64,000 nucleotides of DNA. Origin: an uncultured Candidatus Rokubacteria bacterium (GTDB lineage Bacteria; Methylomirabilota; Methylomirabilia; Rokubacteriales; DASRDR01). The notes beneath the pieces are model-generated. The model did not search any database. It was given only the letters and a program-made list of their open reading frames with translations, and was not told where the DNA came from. Position numbers and translations under genes: made by a program. This document shows positions 29,497-38,204 of this stretch, piece after piece. The DNA lies in the NCBI GenBank assembly GCA_963708025.1, contig CAVPSB010000032.1, forward strand, positions 32,001-96,000, given 5' to 3'. How positions within the stretch are numbered: position 1 is the first letter of the stretch; each line of letters opens with the position of its first letter.

Positions 29497-30252
29497 TTAC
29501 TTGAGCTCAAAGTCCAGCGTCGCCTCGCCCTTCGGTGGGATCGTGATCTCCTGGGTCAGCAGTCGCGGCGGGTCGTGGAGGGGGCGACCATCCTTGTCCT
29601 TGCCCGTCACCACCCAGCCCTCGTGCCAGGCCACCACCCGGTAGCGGCCGGGCGGGATCTCGCCGATCCGGAACCGACCCTCGTCGTCGGTGACGGCGAA
29701 GTAGGGGTTGTCGCGCACGACGATCCAGGCCCGCATGTGGGTGTGGGCGTCGCACTGGACGTCGATCACCCCCGGCTTCTTGATCCGCTGGGTGATGTCC
29801 ACCACCTGGTCCTTGTTCGGGAGCGCCACGTTGAACACGGTGACCCGGTCGAGGAAGCCGTGGGTGTTGTGCAGGATCGGGTCGCCGTTCTTGATCCGGA
29901 CCCGGGCGCCGGCCATCACCGCCGACACGTGGGGCACGAAGAGGCACTTGGCGTTGTCCAGCTCGAAGTCGGCCGGCTTCTTGCCCCGCTCCACACCCTC
30001 CAGGTAGACCACCGTGTTCCGCACGCCCTTGTTCGGCCCGACCACCAGGGCCTGGAAGGGCTTGGTGTCCCCGCAGACGTCGGTGTTCTTCCGGACCGGA
30101 AGGGGCTCCCCCTTGACCGACTCGCCGGCGAATCGCACGCGCCCCACCAGCGCGCCGCCATCGGCCACCGGCGCCTCGACGTAGGCCCCGGCCGGAACCG
30201 GCGTGATGGCCGCGAGCCAGACCGCGGTGACGACGAGCGACCGGAGCTTCAC
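29497..30252 (-). CDS. Exported carboxypeptidase-regulatory-like/cupredoxin-like protein
   Basis: Signal peptide; C.F.PHV, NGDPILHNTH, CDAHTHM, PPGRYRVVAWHE. Confidence 0.8.
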   Translation of the reverse strand: MKLRSLVVTAVWLAAITPVPAGAYVEAPVADGGALVGRVRFAGESVKGEPLPVRKNTDVCGDTKPFQALVVGPNKGVRNTVVYLEGVERGKKPADFELDNAKCLFVPHVSAVMAGARVRIKNGDPILHNTHGFLDRVTVFNVALPNKDQVVDITQRIKKPGVIDVQCDAHTHMRAWIVVRDNPYFAVTDDEGRFRIGEIPPGRYRVVAWHEGWVVTGKDKDGRPLHDPPRLLTQEITIPPKGEATLDFELK

Positions 30253-30638
30253 CCGACTTCGTCCCTTCCGGGCCCCGGCCGAGTGTCGACCGGATCCACC
30301 AGGTAGTCGAGGCTGAGCCAGAGGCTCTTGCTGTAGCGGAAGAACCACAGGGGGAACGTGACGGCGAAGGTGCCCCACACGAGGAGCTGGAGGCCGACCG
30401 AGAGGCCCAGCGCCGCATCGAGCGCGAAGTACCCGGCGATCGAGATCAGCGTGGTCGCTCCGTAATTCAGGTAGATCGCCCCGACGAAGTAGCCGGGCTC
30501 GCGCTCGAAGACGAGCCCGCAGGCCGGACAGCGCTCGTGCATCCGGAACGGCCCGGCGAACACCGCCCCCGCCCCGCAGCGGGGGCAGAGGAGACGGAGC
30601 CCGCGCCCCATGACCCGCCGCAGCCGAGCCCAGCCCAC
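30249..30638 (-). CDS. DUF983 family membrane protein
   Basis: CPRCG..CPACG..EREPGYFVGA plus two TM segments. Confidence 0.82.
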   Translation of the reverse strand: MGWARLRRVMGRGLRLLCPRCGAGAVFAGPFRMHERCPACGLVFEREPGYFVGAIYLNYGATTLISIAGYFALDAALGLSVGLQLLVWGTFAVTFPLWFFRYSKSLWLSLDYLVDPVDTRPGPGRDEVG

Positions 30639-30665
30639 GTCCCCGTCACGTCGCGCCGGGACCCG

Positions 30666-30986
30666 TCAGTGCTTGGGGGCTTCGACCTTGACGGTGTCGG
30701 CCGTCCGGTGGTCCACCGCCCGGTTGTCGGGCAGCAGCACCAGCAGGAGCAGCGTCCCGATGGCCAGCGGGGTGAGCGCGATGTACGCGAGCGTGCGGGT
30801 CTCGAAGCGGAGGTGCATGAAGTACATCGCCACCAGTGCCGCCTTGGTCACCGCCAGCGCCACCAGCAGGGTGCCGACGACCACCTTGTTGAAGCCGGGG
30901 AGGATCACGGCGATCTCGACCACGGTGAGCGCGGCCAGCCACCAGAAGATCGCCATGTAGTTCGTCTTGTGCTCAGTGTCGGCCAC
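30666..30986 (-). CDS. Cytochrome c oxidase subunit IV
   Basis: LTVVE..KAALVAMYFMHLRFE. Confidence 0.9.
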   Translation of the reverse strand: MADTEHKTNYMAIFWWLAALTVVEIAVILPGFNKVVVGTLLVALAVTKAALVAMYFMHLRFETRTLAYIALTPLAIGTLLLLVLLPDNRAVDHRTADTVKVEAPKH

Positions 30987-31001
30987 GGCTGCCTCCCGCC
31001 C

Positions 31002-31619
<618 letters not shown>

Positions 31620-31640
31620 GATCGCTCTCCTTGTGGGTGA

Positions 31641-32315
31641 TCATGCGAGATAGACGAGCAGGTACAGGATCGGCCACAGGGCGACCACGAAGTGCCAGTA
31701 CATCGCGCAGACGGCCACCCCCACGTGGTCCCGGGCCGCGTAGCGCCCGCGGGTCGCGGCCCACGTCACCAGCGTCAGCCAGACGAGCGCCACCAGGACG
31801 TGGACCCCGTGGGCACCGATCAGCGTGTAGAAGGTGGCGCCGTAGGCCCCGGAGGACGCCGTCAGGCCGAAGCCGATCAGCCGGATCCACTCGGCCCCCT
31901 GGACCGCGAGGAAGAGCGCGCCGAGGCCGGCCGTCCGGACGAGCTCGGTGACCAGGCGGCGGCGGTCGTCCCGGCGCACGGCGCGAAGCGCGCGGGTCAG
32001 CGTGTAGCTCGACAGGAGCAGCACCAGCGTGTTGATCGCGGTGGCGGCGACCGGCAGCCGTGGCTGGGCCGGGGGGGGCCACACGGCCGCGCTCAGGCGC
32101 AGCACGAGGAAGGCGCCGACCAGCGCGCCGAAGAACATCGTCTCGGTGGCGAGCAGCATCCACATCCCGAGCCGCGCGTTCGAGACGGGTGGCCAGGAAC
32201 CCCGCCCTTCGCCGCCGTCGCCCGTGTCCGGCGGCGCCGGCGGCAGCCAGCCGACCGCCGACCCCGGTCCGCCCGGGCCCTCGGCCCTGAGGTCCGGCTC
32301 TTCCAGCCGGCTCAT
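31641..32315 (-). CDS. Cytochrome c oxidase subunit III (first copy)
   Basis: LGMWMLLATETMFF, GAHGVHV, YWHFV. Confidence 0.92.
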   Translation of the reverse strand: MSRLEEPDLRAEGPGGPGSAVGWLPPAPPDTGDGGEGRGSWPPVSNARLGMWMLLATETMFFGALVGAFLVLRLSAAVWPPPAQPRLPVAATAINTLVLLLSSYTLTRALRAVRRDDRRRLVTELVRTAGLGALFLAVQGAEWIRLIGFGLTASSGAYGATFYTLIGAHGVHVLVALVWLTLVTWAATRGRYAARDHVGVAVCAMYWHFVVALWPILYLLVYLA

Positions 32316-32449
32316 CAGTTACGGACCCAGATGACCGCGATCGACACGGCCACGAGGAAGGCGATCCAGGCGACGAGCCACCAGGCCGTGCGGCGGTTCC
32401 GCGCCGCCAGCGCCCGCTCCTCAACATGCCGCTCCAGCACTCCCGCCAC
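32315..32449 (-). CDS. Small single-TM protein (44 aa), below ORF-track cutoff
   Basis: GTG start after GAGG; VAGVLERHVEERALAARNRRTAWWLVAWIAFLVAVSIAVIWVRN; TGATG overlap with coxIII. Confidence 0.65.
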   Translation of the reverse strand: MAGVLERHVEERALAARNRRTAWWLVAWIAFLVAVSIAVIWVRN

Positions 32450-32501
32450 CGCCTAGCTTCCTCGAAGCGCCGAACCCATGGCAGATGAGTCGAACTCCCG
32501 G

Positions 32502-32700
32502 GCGCCGGGCCGAGGAGCGAGCAGCGCCCACAGGCCGAAGGCCGTCCAATGGACGCAGGGAGTCGCCGACCGCAGGCGTATGCCGCATACGCCGAGGATG
32601 GGCGACGACCGAGGACGACCATAGGTCGGGACGGACGCGAGGCCGCAGGCCGAGCGCGTCACGACCGAGATCGAAGTTGCGACGCTCATCGGCCCCGCCC
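32502..32700 (+). repeat. Family 1 repeat, copy B
   Basis: GGGCCGAGGAGCG...CGCTCATCGGCCC ends; GGCGTATG-CCG-CATACGCC hairpin. Confidence 0.9.
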
Positions 32701-32701
32701 C

Positions 32702-33682
32702 CTACGCCTTGTCCAGCGCCATGAGGATCAGCAAGAGCGGCAGGTAGGCCACCGAGGCCAGCAGCAGCCGCCGGGCCGACGCCGGGGAGGGCGTGAGCGC
32801 CTGGGCCAGCCCGCACGCCAGGAACGCCGCGCCGAGCACGAAGGCGCCAGCGAAGTACACGGGACCCGCCAGCCCGATCAGCGTCGGCAGGAGTCCCACC
32901 GCCAGCAGGGCCAGACAGCCGGCCACGATCTGTCGCTCGGTGCTGGCACCGTCCGGATCGACGACGGGCAGGACCCGGATCCCGGCCTGCGCGTAATCGT
33001 CGCGATAGAGACGGGCGATGGCGAGCGTGTGCGGGAGCTGCCACAGGAACAGGATGGCGAACAGCACGGCCGCGCCCACGCCGACCTCGCCCCGGGCCGC
33101 CACCCACCCCGTCACCGGCGGGAGCGCTCCCGGAACCGCACCGATCACCATGGCCAGCGGGGTCACCAGCTTGAGCGGCGTGTAGGCGAACAGGTAGAGG
33201 ATCACCGTGGACCCGGTCACAGCCCCGGTCGGAAAATCCACCGCGAGGACAAGATAGGCCAGCCCGGCGGCGGTGGTGGCCGCGCCGAAGACGAGCGCCT
33301 CCACGGCGCCCAGGCGGCCGTCGGGGAGCGGGCGGCCGCGCGTGCGCCGCATCCGGCCGTCCACCTCGCGCTCGAGGAACTGATTGAGGGCGAGGGTCCC
33401 CCCCGCCGCCAGCGCCGTCCCGATCAGGACGTGGACGAGGCGGAGGTAGTCCGGGGCCCCGGTCGAGCCGACGTAGAAGCCGACGCACGTCGTCACCAGC
33501 ACCATGACGACCACGCGCGGCTTCGTGAGCGAGAGGAAGTCGAGCAGCCGCTGGCGCTCGGCCACCAGCGCGACCCTCGCCGGGGCCCCCGACGGCGCCG
33601 GCCGGGCCGGGGACAGCGGCGCCAGCGGCGGCGGGCCCGGCACCGGCGCGGCCTGCTCCAGGGTCGGGGTCCGCGAGATCAT
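32702..33682 (-). CDS. ctaB: Protoheme IX farnesyltransferase (heme o synthase)
   Basis: LTKPRV, D.RM.RT..RPLP.G, YTPLK, GAVPGALPP, FLWQLPH. Confidence 0.95.
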   Translation of the reverse strand: MISRTPTLEQAAPVPGPPPLAPLSPARPAPSGAPARVALVAERQRLLDFLSLTKPRVVVMVLVTTCVGFYVGSTGAPDYLRLVHVLIGTALAAGGTLALNQFLEREVDGRMRRTRGRPLPDGRLGAVEALVFGAATTAAGLAYLVLAVDFPTGAVTGSTVILYLFAYTPLKLVTPLAMVIGAVPGALPPVTGWVAARGEVGVGAAVLFAILFLWQLPHTLAIARLYRDDYAQAGIRVLPVVDPDGASTERQIVAGCLALLAVGLLPTLIGLAGPVYFAGAFVLGAAFLACGLAQALTPSPASARRLLLASVAYLPLLLILMALDKA

Positions 33683-34635
33683 GCCGGCACCCGGCGGGCC
33701 CGAAGCGGCGTCGCGGCACCCGACGGCTCCTCGGCGGGGAGGCCACGGAGCCGCCAGGCGCCGAGGGTCAGCGTGATCGCGGCGCCCAGAAGCAGCGCGG
33801 CCGTGAGGCGGTGGGCGACCGGCAACGCCAGCCCCGTCAGCCCGCCACCCGGCAGGGCCAAGCCCGTGAAGCGGGCGACGTACGCGCCGAGTCCGAGCGC
33901 GATCTGGAGGGCCAGGAGGGCGCCGAGGGCTCGGGCGGGCCGGGCCAGCGCCCCGGGGCTCTCGGGCCAGGCGAGGACGCGGAACGCCGCGGCGCCGGAA
34001 AGGAGGGCCGCCGGCAGCGCCCCGGCCAGGTGGAGGCTCACCCAACCGGCGTGGGTCGTGAGCGCGCCGAGGACGATCTGGAGGTACAGCATCGCGGTCG
34101 CCACCACCCCCAGCCAGGCGAGGCCGCGCCCCTGGTCGGCGTGAAGCGACGGCGCCGGGGCCGTCCACCCCGGCGACGTGACGACCGCCAGCGTCACCGT
34201 GAGCGCGAAGAACGCCTGGGCCAGGCAGCCGTGGACGATGGCCAAGGCGTCACGCAGCCACAGCACCCGCAAGCCGCCCAGGAGGCCCTGAGTGGAGACC
34301 AGGACGACCGCCAGCAGGCCGAAGCCGCGCAGCCAGCCCCGGCGCTCGGTCAGCCACAAGGTCGCCCCAAGCCCGAGGGTCAGGAGTCCTACCAGCGCCC
34401 CGAGGAGCCGGTGGCTGTGCTCGTAGAAGACCCCGCCCACCATCCGGGACCAGGGATAGAGGAACATGTTGTGGCCGAACGTCGTCGGCCAGTCGGGGAC
34501 GGCCAGCGCCGCGCCGGTGTTGGTCACCAGCCCGCCGGCGACGATGAGCACCAGCGTCGCCCCCGCGGTGACGAGCGCCAGCCCATGCGCCCAGCGGAGC
34601 GGGCCGATGCCCGTCGCCCCGGGTCGTCCGTTCAT
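33679..34635 (-). CDS. ctaA: Heme A synthase (COX15/CtaA family)
   Basis: GGLVT..PDWP, EHSHR, QGLLGGL..H, second-half His residues. Confidence 0.9.
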   Translation of the reverse strand: MNGRPGATGIGPLRWAHGLALVTAGATLVLIVAGGLVTNTGAALAVPDWPTTFGHNMFLYPWSRMVGGVFYEHSHRLLGALVGLLTLGLGATLWLTERRGWLRGFGLLAVVLVSTQGLLGGLRVLWLRDALAIVHGCLAQAFFALTVTLAVVTSPGWTAPAPSLHADQGRGLAWLGVVATAMLYLQIVLGALTTHAGWVSLHLAGALPAALLSGAAAFRVLAWPESPGALARPARALGALLALQIALGLGAYVARFTGLALPGGGLTGLALPVAHRLTAALLLGAAITLTLGAWRLRGLPAEEPSGAATPLRARRVPA

Positions 34636-34699
34636 CCCGTCCGGGCCGCGGACGTCCCGGCCTCTGGGGTCGTCGGCGGGCCTCCCAGCAGCGAGCGAC

Positions 34700-34805
34700 G
34701 TCCCGAGGGCCGCAGGACCGAGGCGTCGCGACCAGATGGTCAATGGCGGCATACGCCTCGGCCCGCCTCCTCCCTGCGTCCTACCGGGGCTCGGGCCTCG
34801 CCCCG
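34700..34805 (-). repeat. Family 1 repeat, partial copy in opposite orientation
   Basis: Reverse complement GGACGCAGGGAGGAGGCG..GCGTATGCCGC matches copy D around 54053-54090. Confidence 0.65.
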
Positions 34806-34831
34806 CTCCGCGCTTGCCGCACTCCCCATCG

Positions 34832-36589
34832 TCAGTGAGACCGGGACGAGCCGGCCTTGGCCAACCGCCGGTCCTGGGGCAGCCAGTCCTCGCTCACCTC
34901 GGGCGAGCTGTACTCGTAGGGGCCGCGATAGACCACGGGCAGCGTGGCGCCCCAGTTCCCATGGGGCGGCGGCGAGGGGGCGGTCCACTCCAGCGTGTTC
35001 GCCTGCCAGGGGTTGACGGGCGCCTTGGCCCCGCCGAACAGGCTCGCGATGAAGTTGATGATGAACGGGATCTGGAACAGTCCGAGCGCGAACACGCTCA
35101 GGCTGATGACGACGTTCCAGGGCTCCGTCCACTTCAGGAAGTCGTACTGGAGCGGGTTGTAGATCCGGCGCATGTGACCGCCCACCCCGATGATGTGCAT
35201 CGGGAAGAAGGCGGCGTTGAAGAACACGAACGTCCCCCAGAAGTGGATCTTGCCGAGGGTGTCGTTCATCAGGCGCCCGAACATCTTGGGGAACCAGTAG
35301 TAGATCCCGGCGAAGGCGCCGAAGATCGAGCCGCCGAAGACGACGTAGTGGATGTGGGCGACAATGAAGTAGGTGTCCTGGATGAAGATGTCGACCGGCG
35401 TGGAGGCCATGAAGATCCCCGACAGCCCGCCGATCACGAACATCGAGACGAAGGCCAGCGCGTTGAGCATGGGGACCGTGAACCGGATGTTCCCGCCCCA
35501 CAGGGTCCCCAGCCAGTTGAACGTCTTGATGGCCGAGGGCACCGCGATCACCATGGTGGTGATCATGAACGAGGTCCCCAGCGCCGGGTTCATCCCGCTG
35601 ACGAACATGTGGTGGCCGTACACGATCCAGGACAGGAACGCGATCCCGATCATCGAGAACGCCATCGCCCGGTAACCGAAAATGGGCTTGCGGGAGAACA
35701 CCGACAGCACGTCGGAGGCGATGCCCATGGCGGGCAGGATCAGGATGTAGACCTCCGGGTGGCCGAAGAACCAGAAGAGGTGCTGCCAGAGCAGCGGCTC
35801 GCCGCCGCCGGTCGGCGCGAACCAGTGGGTCCCCAGCGTCCGATCGAACAGCAGCATCGCCACCGCCGAGGTCAGCACGGGCAAGGCCAGCAGCAGGAGA
35901 ATGGCGGTGACGAACATGGCCCAGATCACCAGCGGCATCCGGAACAGCGTCATGCCGGGGGCGCGCATGTTGACGATCGTCGTGATGTAGTTGATGGAGC
36001 CCATCATCGACGAGACGCCGAGGACGAACAGGCTCATGCACCAGAGGTTCTGGCCCCAGTTGACCCCCGAGTACGAGGGGACCGCCGAGAGCGGCGCGTA
36101 GGAAGTCCAGCCGGCGGCGGCGTGGCCGCCCTCGACGAAGAAGCCGGCCAGCATGAGCACGCCGGCGATGAAGCCGGCCCAGAACGAGAGCATGTTGAGC
36201 TTGGGGAACGCCATGTCGCGCGCCCCGATCATCAGCGGGATCAGGAAGTTGCCGAACGAGCCGGCCAGGATCGGCATGATCACGAAGAAGATCATGATGG
36301 TCGCGTGCATCGTGAACATCATGTTGTAGACGGCCGGGGAGATGACGCCCTCGTTGTCCGGCCAGAAGAACCGCCCGACGCCGGGGACCGGGGTCTCCGG
36401 CCACGCCAGCTGCCAGCGCATGAAGATCGCCAGGCCGCCCCCGATCAGCATCATGAACAGCCCGAGGAAGAGGAACTGCCGGGCGATCATCTTGTGGTCG
36501 GTGGAGAAGATGTAGGTCCGCACGAAGCCCAGCTCGTGGTGAGCGTGGAGGTCGTGGGCCGTTGCCGTCGCCGTGCTCGGATGCGCCAT
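34832..36589 (-). CDS. ctaD: Cytochrome c oxidase subunit I, A1-type
   Basis: TDHK, TMHA, GWTSY, WFFGHPEVYILILP, GHHMF, AHIHYV, MRR. Confidence 0.97.
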   Translation of the reverse strand: MAHPSTATATAHDLHAHHELGFVRTYIFSTDHKMIARQFLFLGLFMMLIGGGLAIFMRWQLAWPETPVPGVGRFFWPDNEGVISPAVYNMMFTMHATIMIFFVIMPILAGSFGNFLIPLMIGARDMAFPKLNMLSFWAGFIAGVLMLAGFFVEGGHAAAGWTSYAPLSAVPSYSGVNWGQNLWCMSLFVLGVSSMMGSINYITTIVNMRAPGMTLFRMPLVIWAMFVTAILLLLALPVLTSAVAMLLFDRTLGTHWFAPTGGGEPLLWQHLFWFFGHPEVYILILPAMGIASDVLSVFSRKPIFGYRAMAFSMIGIAFLSWIVYGHHMFVSGMNPALGTSFMITTMVIAVPSAIKTFNWLGTLWGGNIRFTVPMLNALAFVSMFVIGGLSGIFMASTPVDIFIQDTYFIVAHIHYVVFGGSIFGAFAGIYYWFPKMFGRLMNDTLGKIHFWGTFVFFNAAFFPMHIIGVGGHMRRIYNPLQYDFLKWTEPWNVVISLSVFALGLFQIPFIINFIASLFGGAKAPVNPWQANTLEWTAPSPPPHGNWGATLPVVYRGPYEYSSPEVSEDWLPQDRRLAKAGSSRSH

Positions 36590-36623
36590 CGTCGGTGATC
36601 TCCTCGGGTTCGGTGCCGCCGCG

Positions 36624-37280
36624 TCAGGAGGCCCACGCCTCCTTCTTCCACTGCTCGAACTCGTCGGGCGTGTGGACGAAGAGGAAGCCCTTCATGCCGG
36701 AGTGCCCGAAGCCGCACAGCTCCGCGCACGGGATCTCGTACTTGCCCGGCTTGGTCGCCTGGACCCACCTGACGATCTCGCGGCCGGGGACCGCGTCCTG
36801 CTTGAACCGGAGGTGGGGCATGAAGACGCTGTGGATGACGTCCTTCGAGGCCAGGTGGAGGATGATCGGCTTGCCGACCGGCACGTGGACCTCGTTGTCG
36901 AACGTCTTGTCGTCCTCGGTGTCGAACTTCCCGTCCGGCCCGGGGTAGGCGACCTCCCAGTTGAACTGCTTGGCGGTGATCCGGATGTGGAGGTCGGAGG
37001 CCGGCAGCTGCTGCTGGATCCGGCCCCAGGTCGGCACCGACAGGAAGGTCAGGATGACGAGGATGAGGGCCGGCACCACCGTCCAGACGATCTCCAGCGT
37101 CGCGTTCCCGTGGGTGTAGGTCGCGCGCCGCCCCTCACGATGGCGATAGAGGACGAGGAAGGCAATCATCGCCGCGGCCACCAGGACGAACGTCGCGCCG
37201 GTGATGTAGTAGATGAGGTAGAAGAGCCAGTCGATGTCCTGGCCGTAGCTGCTGACGTTCTCCGGGAGCCAGCTCATCAT
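36624..37280 (-). CDS. ctaC: Cytochrome c oxidase subunit II (CuA, no fused cytochrome c)
   Basis: LEIVWT, QFNW, DVIHS, CAELCGFGHSGM. Confidence 0.96.
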   Translation of the reverse strand: MMSWLPENVSSYGQDIDWLFYLIYYITGATFVLVAAAMIAFLVLYRHREGRRATYTHGNATLEIVWTVVPALILVILTFLSVPTWGRIQQQLPASDLHIRITAKQFNWEVAYPGPDGKFDTEDDKTFDNEVHVPVGKPIILHLASKDVIHSVFMPHLRFKQDAVPGREIVRWVQATKPGKYEIPCAELCGFGHSGMKGFLFVHTPDEFEQWKKEAWAS

Positions 37281-37399
37281 GGCGACGTTGTCCTCGGCGT
37301 GAGGGCCCTTGTCTCGTGATTCACAACCGCGAGACTTCTCTGAAAAAACCGCAAGTTGGAGCGCCTCCCATTATCGTCGGGAGACCCCTCCTGTCAAGA

Positions 37400-37459
37400 G
37401 GGTCAGGCCTTTCAACCTTTCAGTCGGCGCCGGATTGTCAAGATTGAAAGGCCTGACTC
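37400..37459. repeat. Inverted-repeat element (family 3), copy 1
   Basis: GGGTCAGGCCTTTCAA...TTGAAAGGCCTGACTC; same arms at 49055-49133. Confidence 0.85.
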
Positions 37460-37461
37460 CG

Positions 37462-38166
37462 TTACTTCTTCGCGGCCAGCTCGAAGCTGACCTTGGCGTC
37501 CTGGCCCGCCTTGACCTCGACCTCCTTGGACTGCTTGCCCAGCACCGGGTGCCAGACCTCGACCTTGTGCTTCCCGGGAGGCACGTTCTCGATCTTGAAG
37601 CTGCCCTTGTCGTCGGTGGTCGCCGCCGGGTTCTCGGTCACCAGGATCCAGCCGTGCATCCAGCTGTGGGCGTCGCACTGGACCTTGATGGCCTCGGGCT
37701 TGTCGAACTTCTCGGTCATGGTCTTCTTGAACTTCGGCTGCGCCTTGTTGATCGGCGGGTTCGCGGTCGAGAAGGTGTGGATGTTGTGGAGCACGCCGTC
37801 CGAGTTGAGGATGTCGACCTCACCCGGCGACATCACCAGCACCTCGGGATGGAACTCGCAGCCCTTCTGGTCCAGCGTCGCCTTCTTCGCCGCCTTGGCG
37901 CCCTTGGCGTCGGAGACCGAGACGACCGCGTTGGCCAGCCCGTTGCCGGCGCCGACCGCGACGTCGGCGATCTTCTTCTCCTGGCCGCAGACCTCCACGT
38001 CCTTGTTCACCTTCACGGTCTTCGGCGCCGGGGGAGTCCCGCTCACCTTGACCTCGCCGGAGATGGTGCCGCCGCCCTGCGCGCTCGCCTGCAGGCTCCA
38101 GGCGAACAGGGCGGCCGCCGCCACCAGGGCGACCATCAGCAGACTGACGACTGCACGCATACGCAT
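37462..38166 (-). CDS. Exported carboxypeptidase-regulatory-like/cupredoxin-like protein (paralog of 29497-30252)
   Basis: Signal peptide; DQKGCEFHP, NSDGVLHNIH, CDAHSWM, PPGKHKVEVWH. Confidence 0.82.
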   Translation of the reverse strand: MRMRAVVSLLMVALVAAAALFAWSLQASAQGGGTISGEVKVSGTPPAPKTVKVNKDVEVCGQEKKIADVAVGAGNGLANAVVSVSDAKGAKAAKKATLDQKGCEFHPEVLVMSPGEVDILNSDGVLHNIHTFSTANPPINKAQPKFKKTMTEKFDKPEAIKVQCDAHSWMHGWILVTENPAATTDDKGSFKIENVPPGKHKVEVWHPVLGKQSKEVEVKAGQDAKVSFELAAKK

Positions 38167-38204
38167 ACCGCGTTGTCCTCCTTGCTGGACGGATCGATCG
38201 GATT

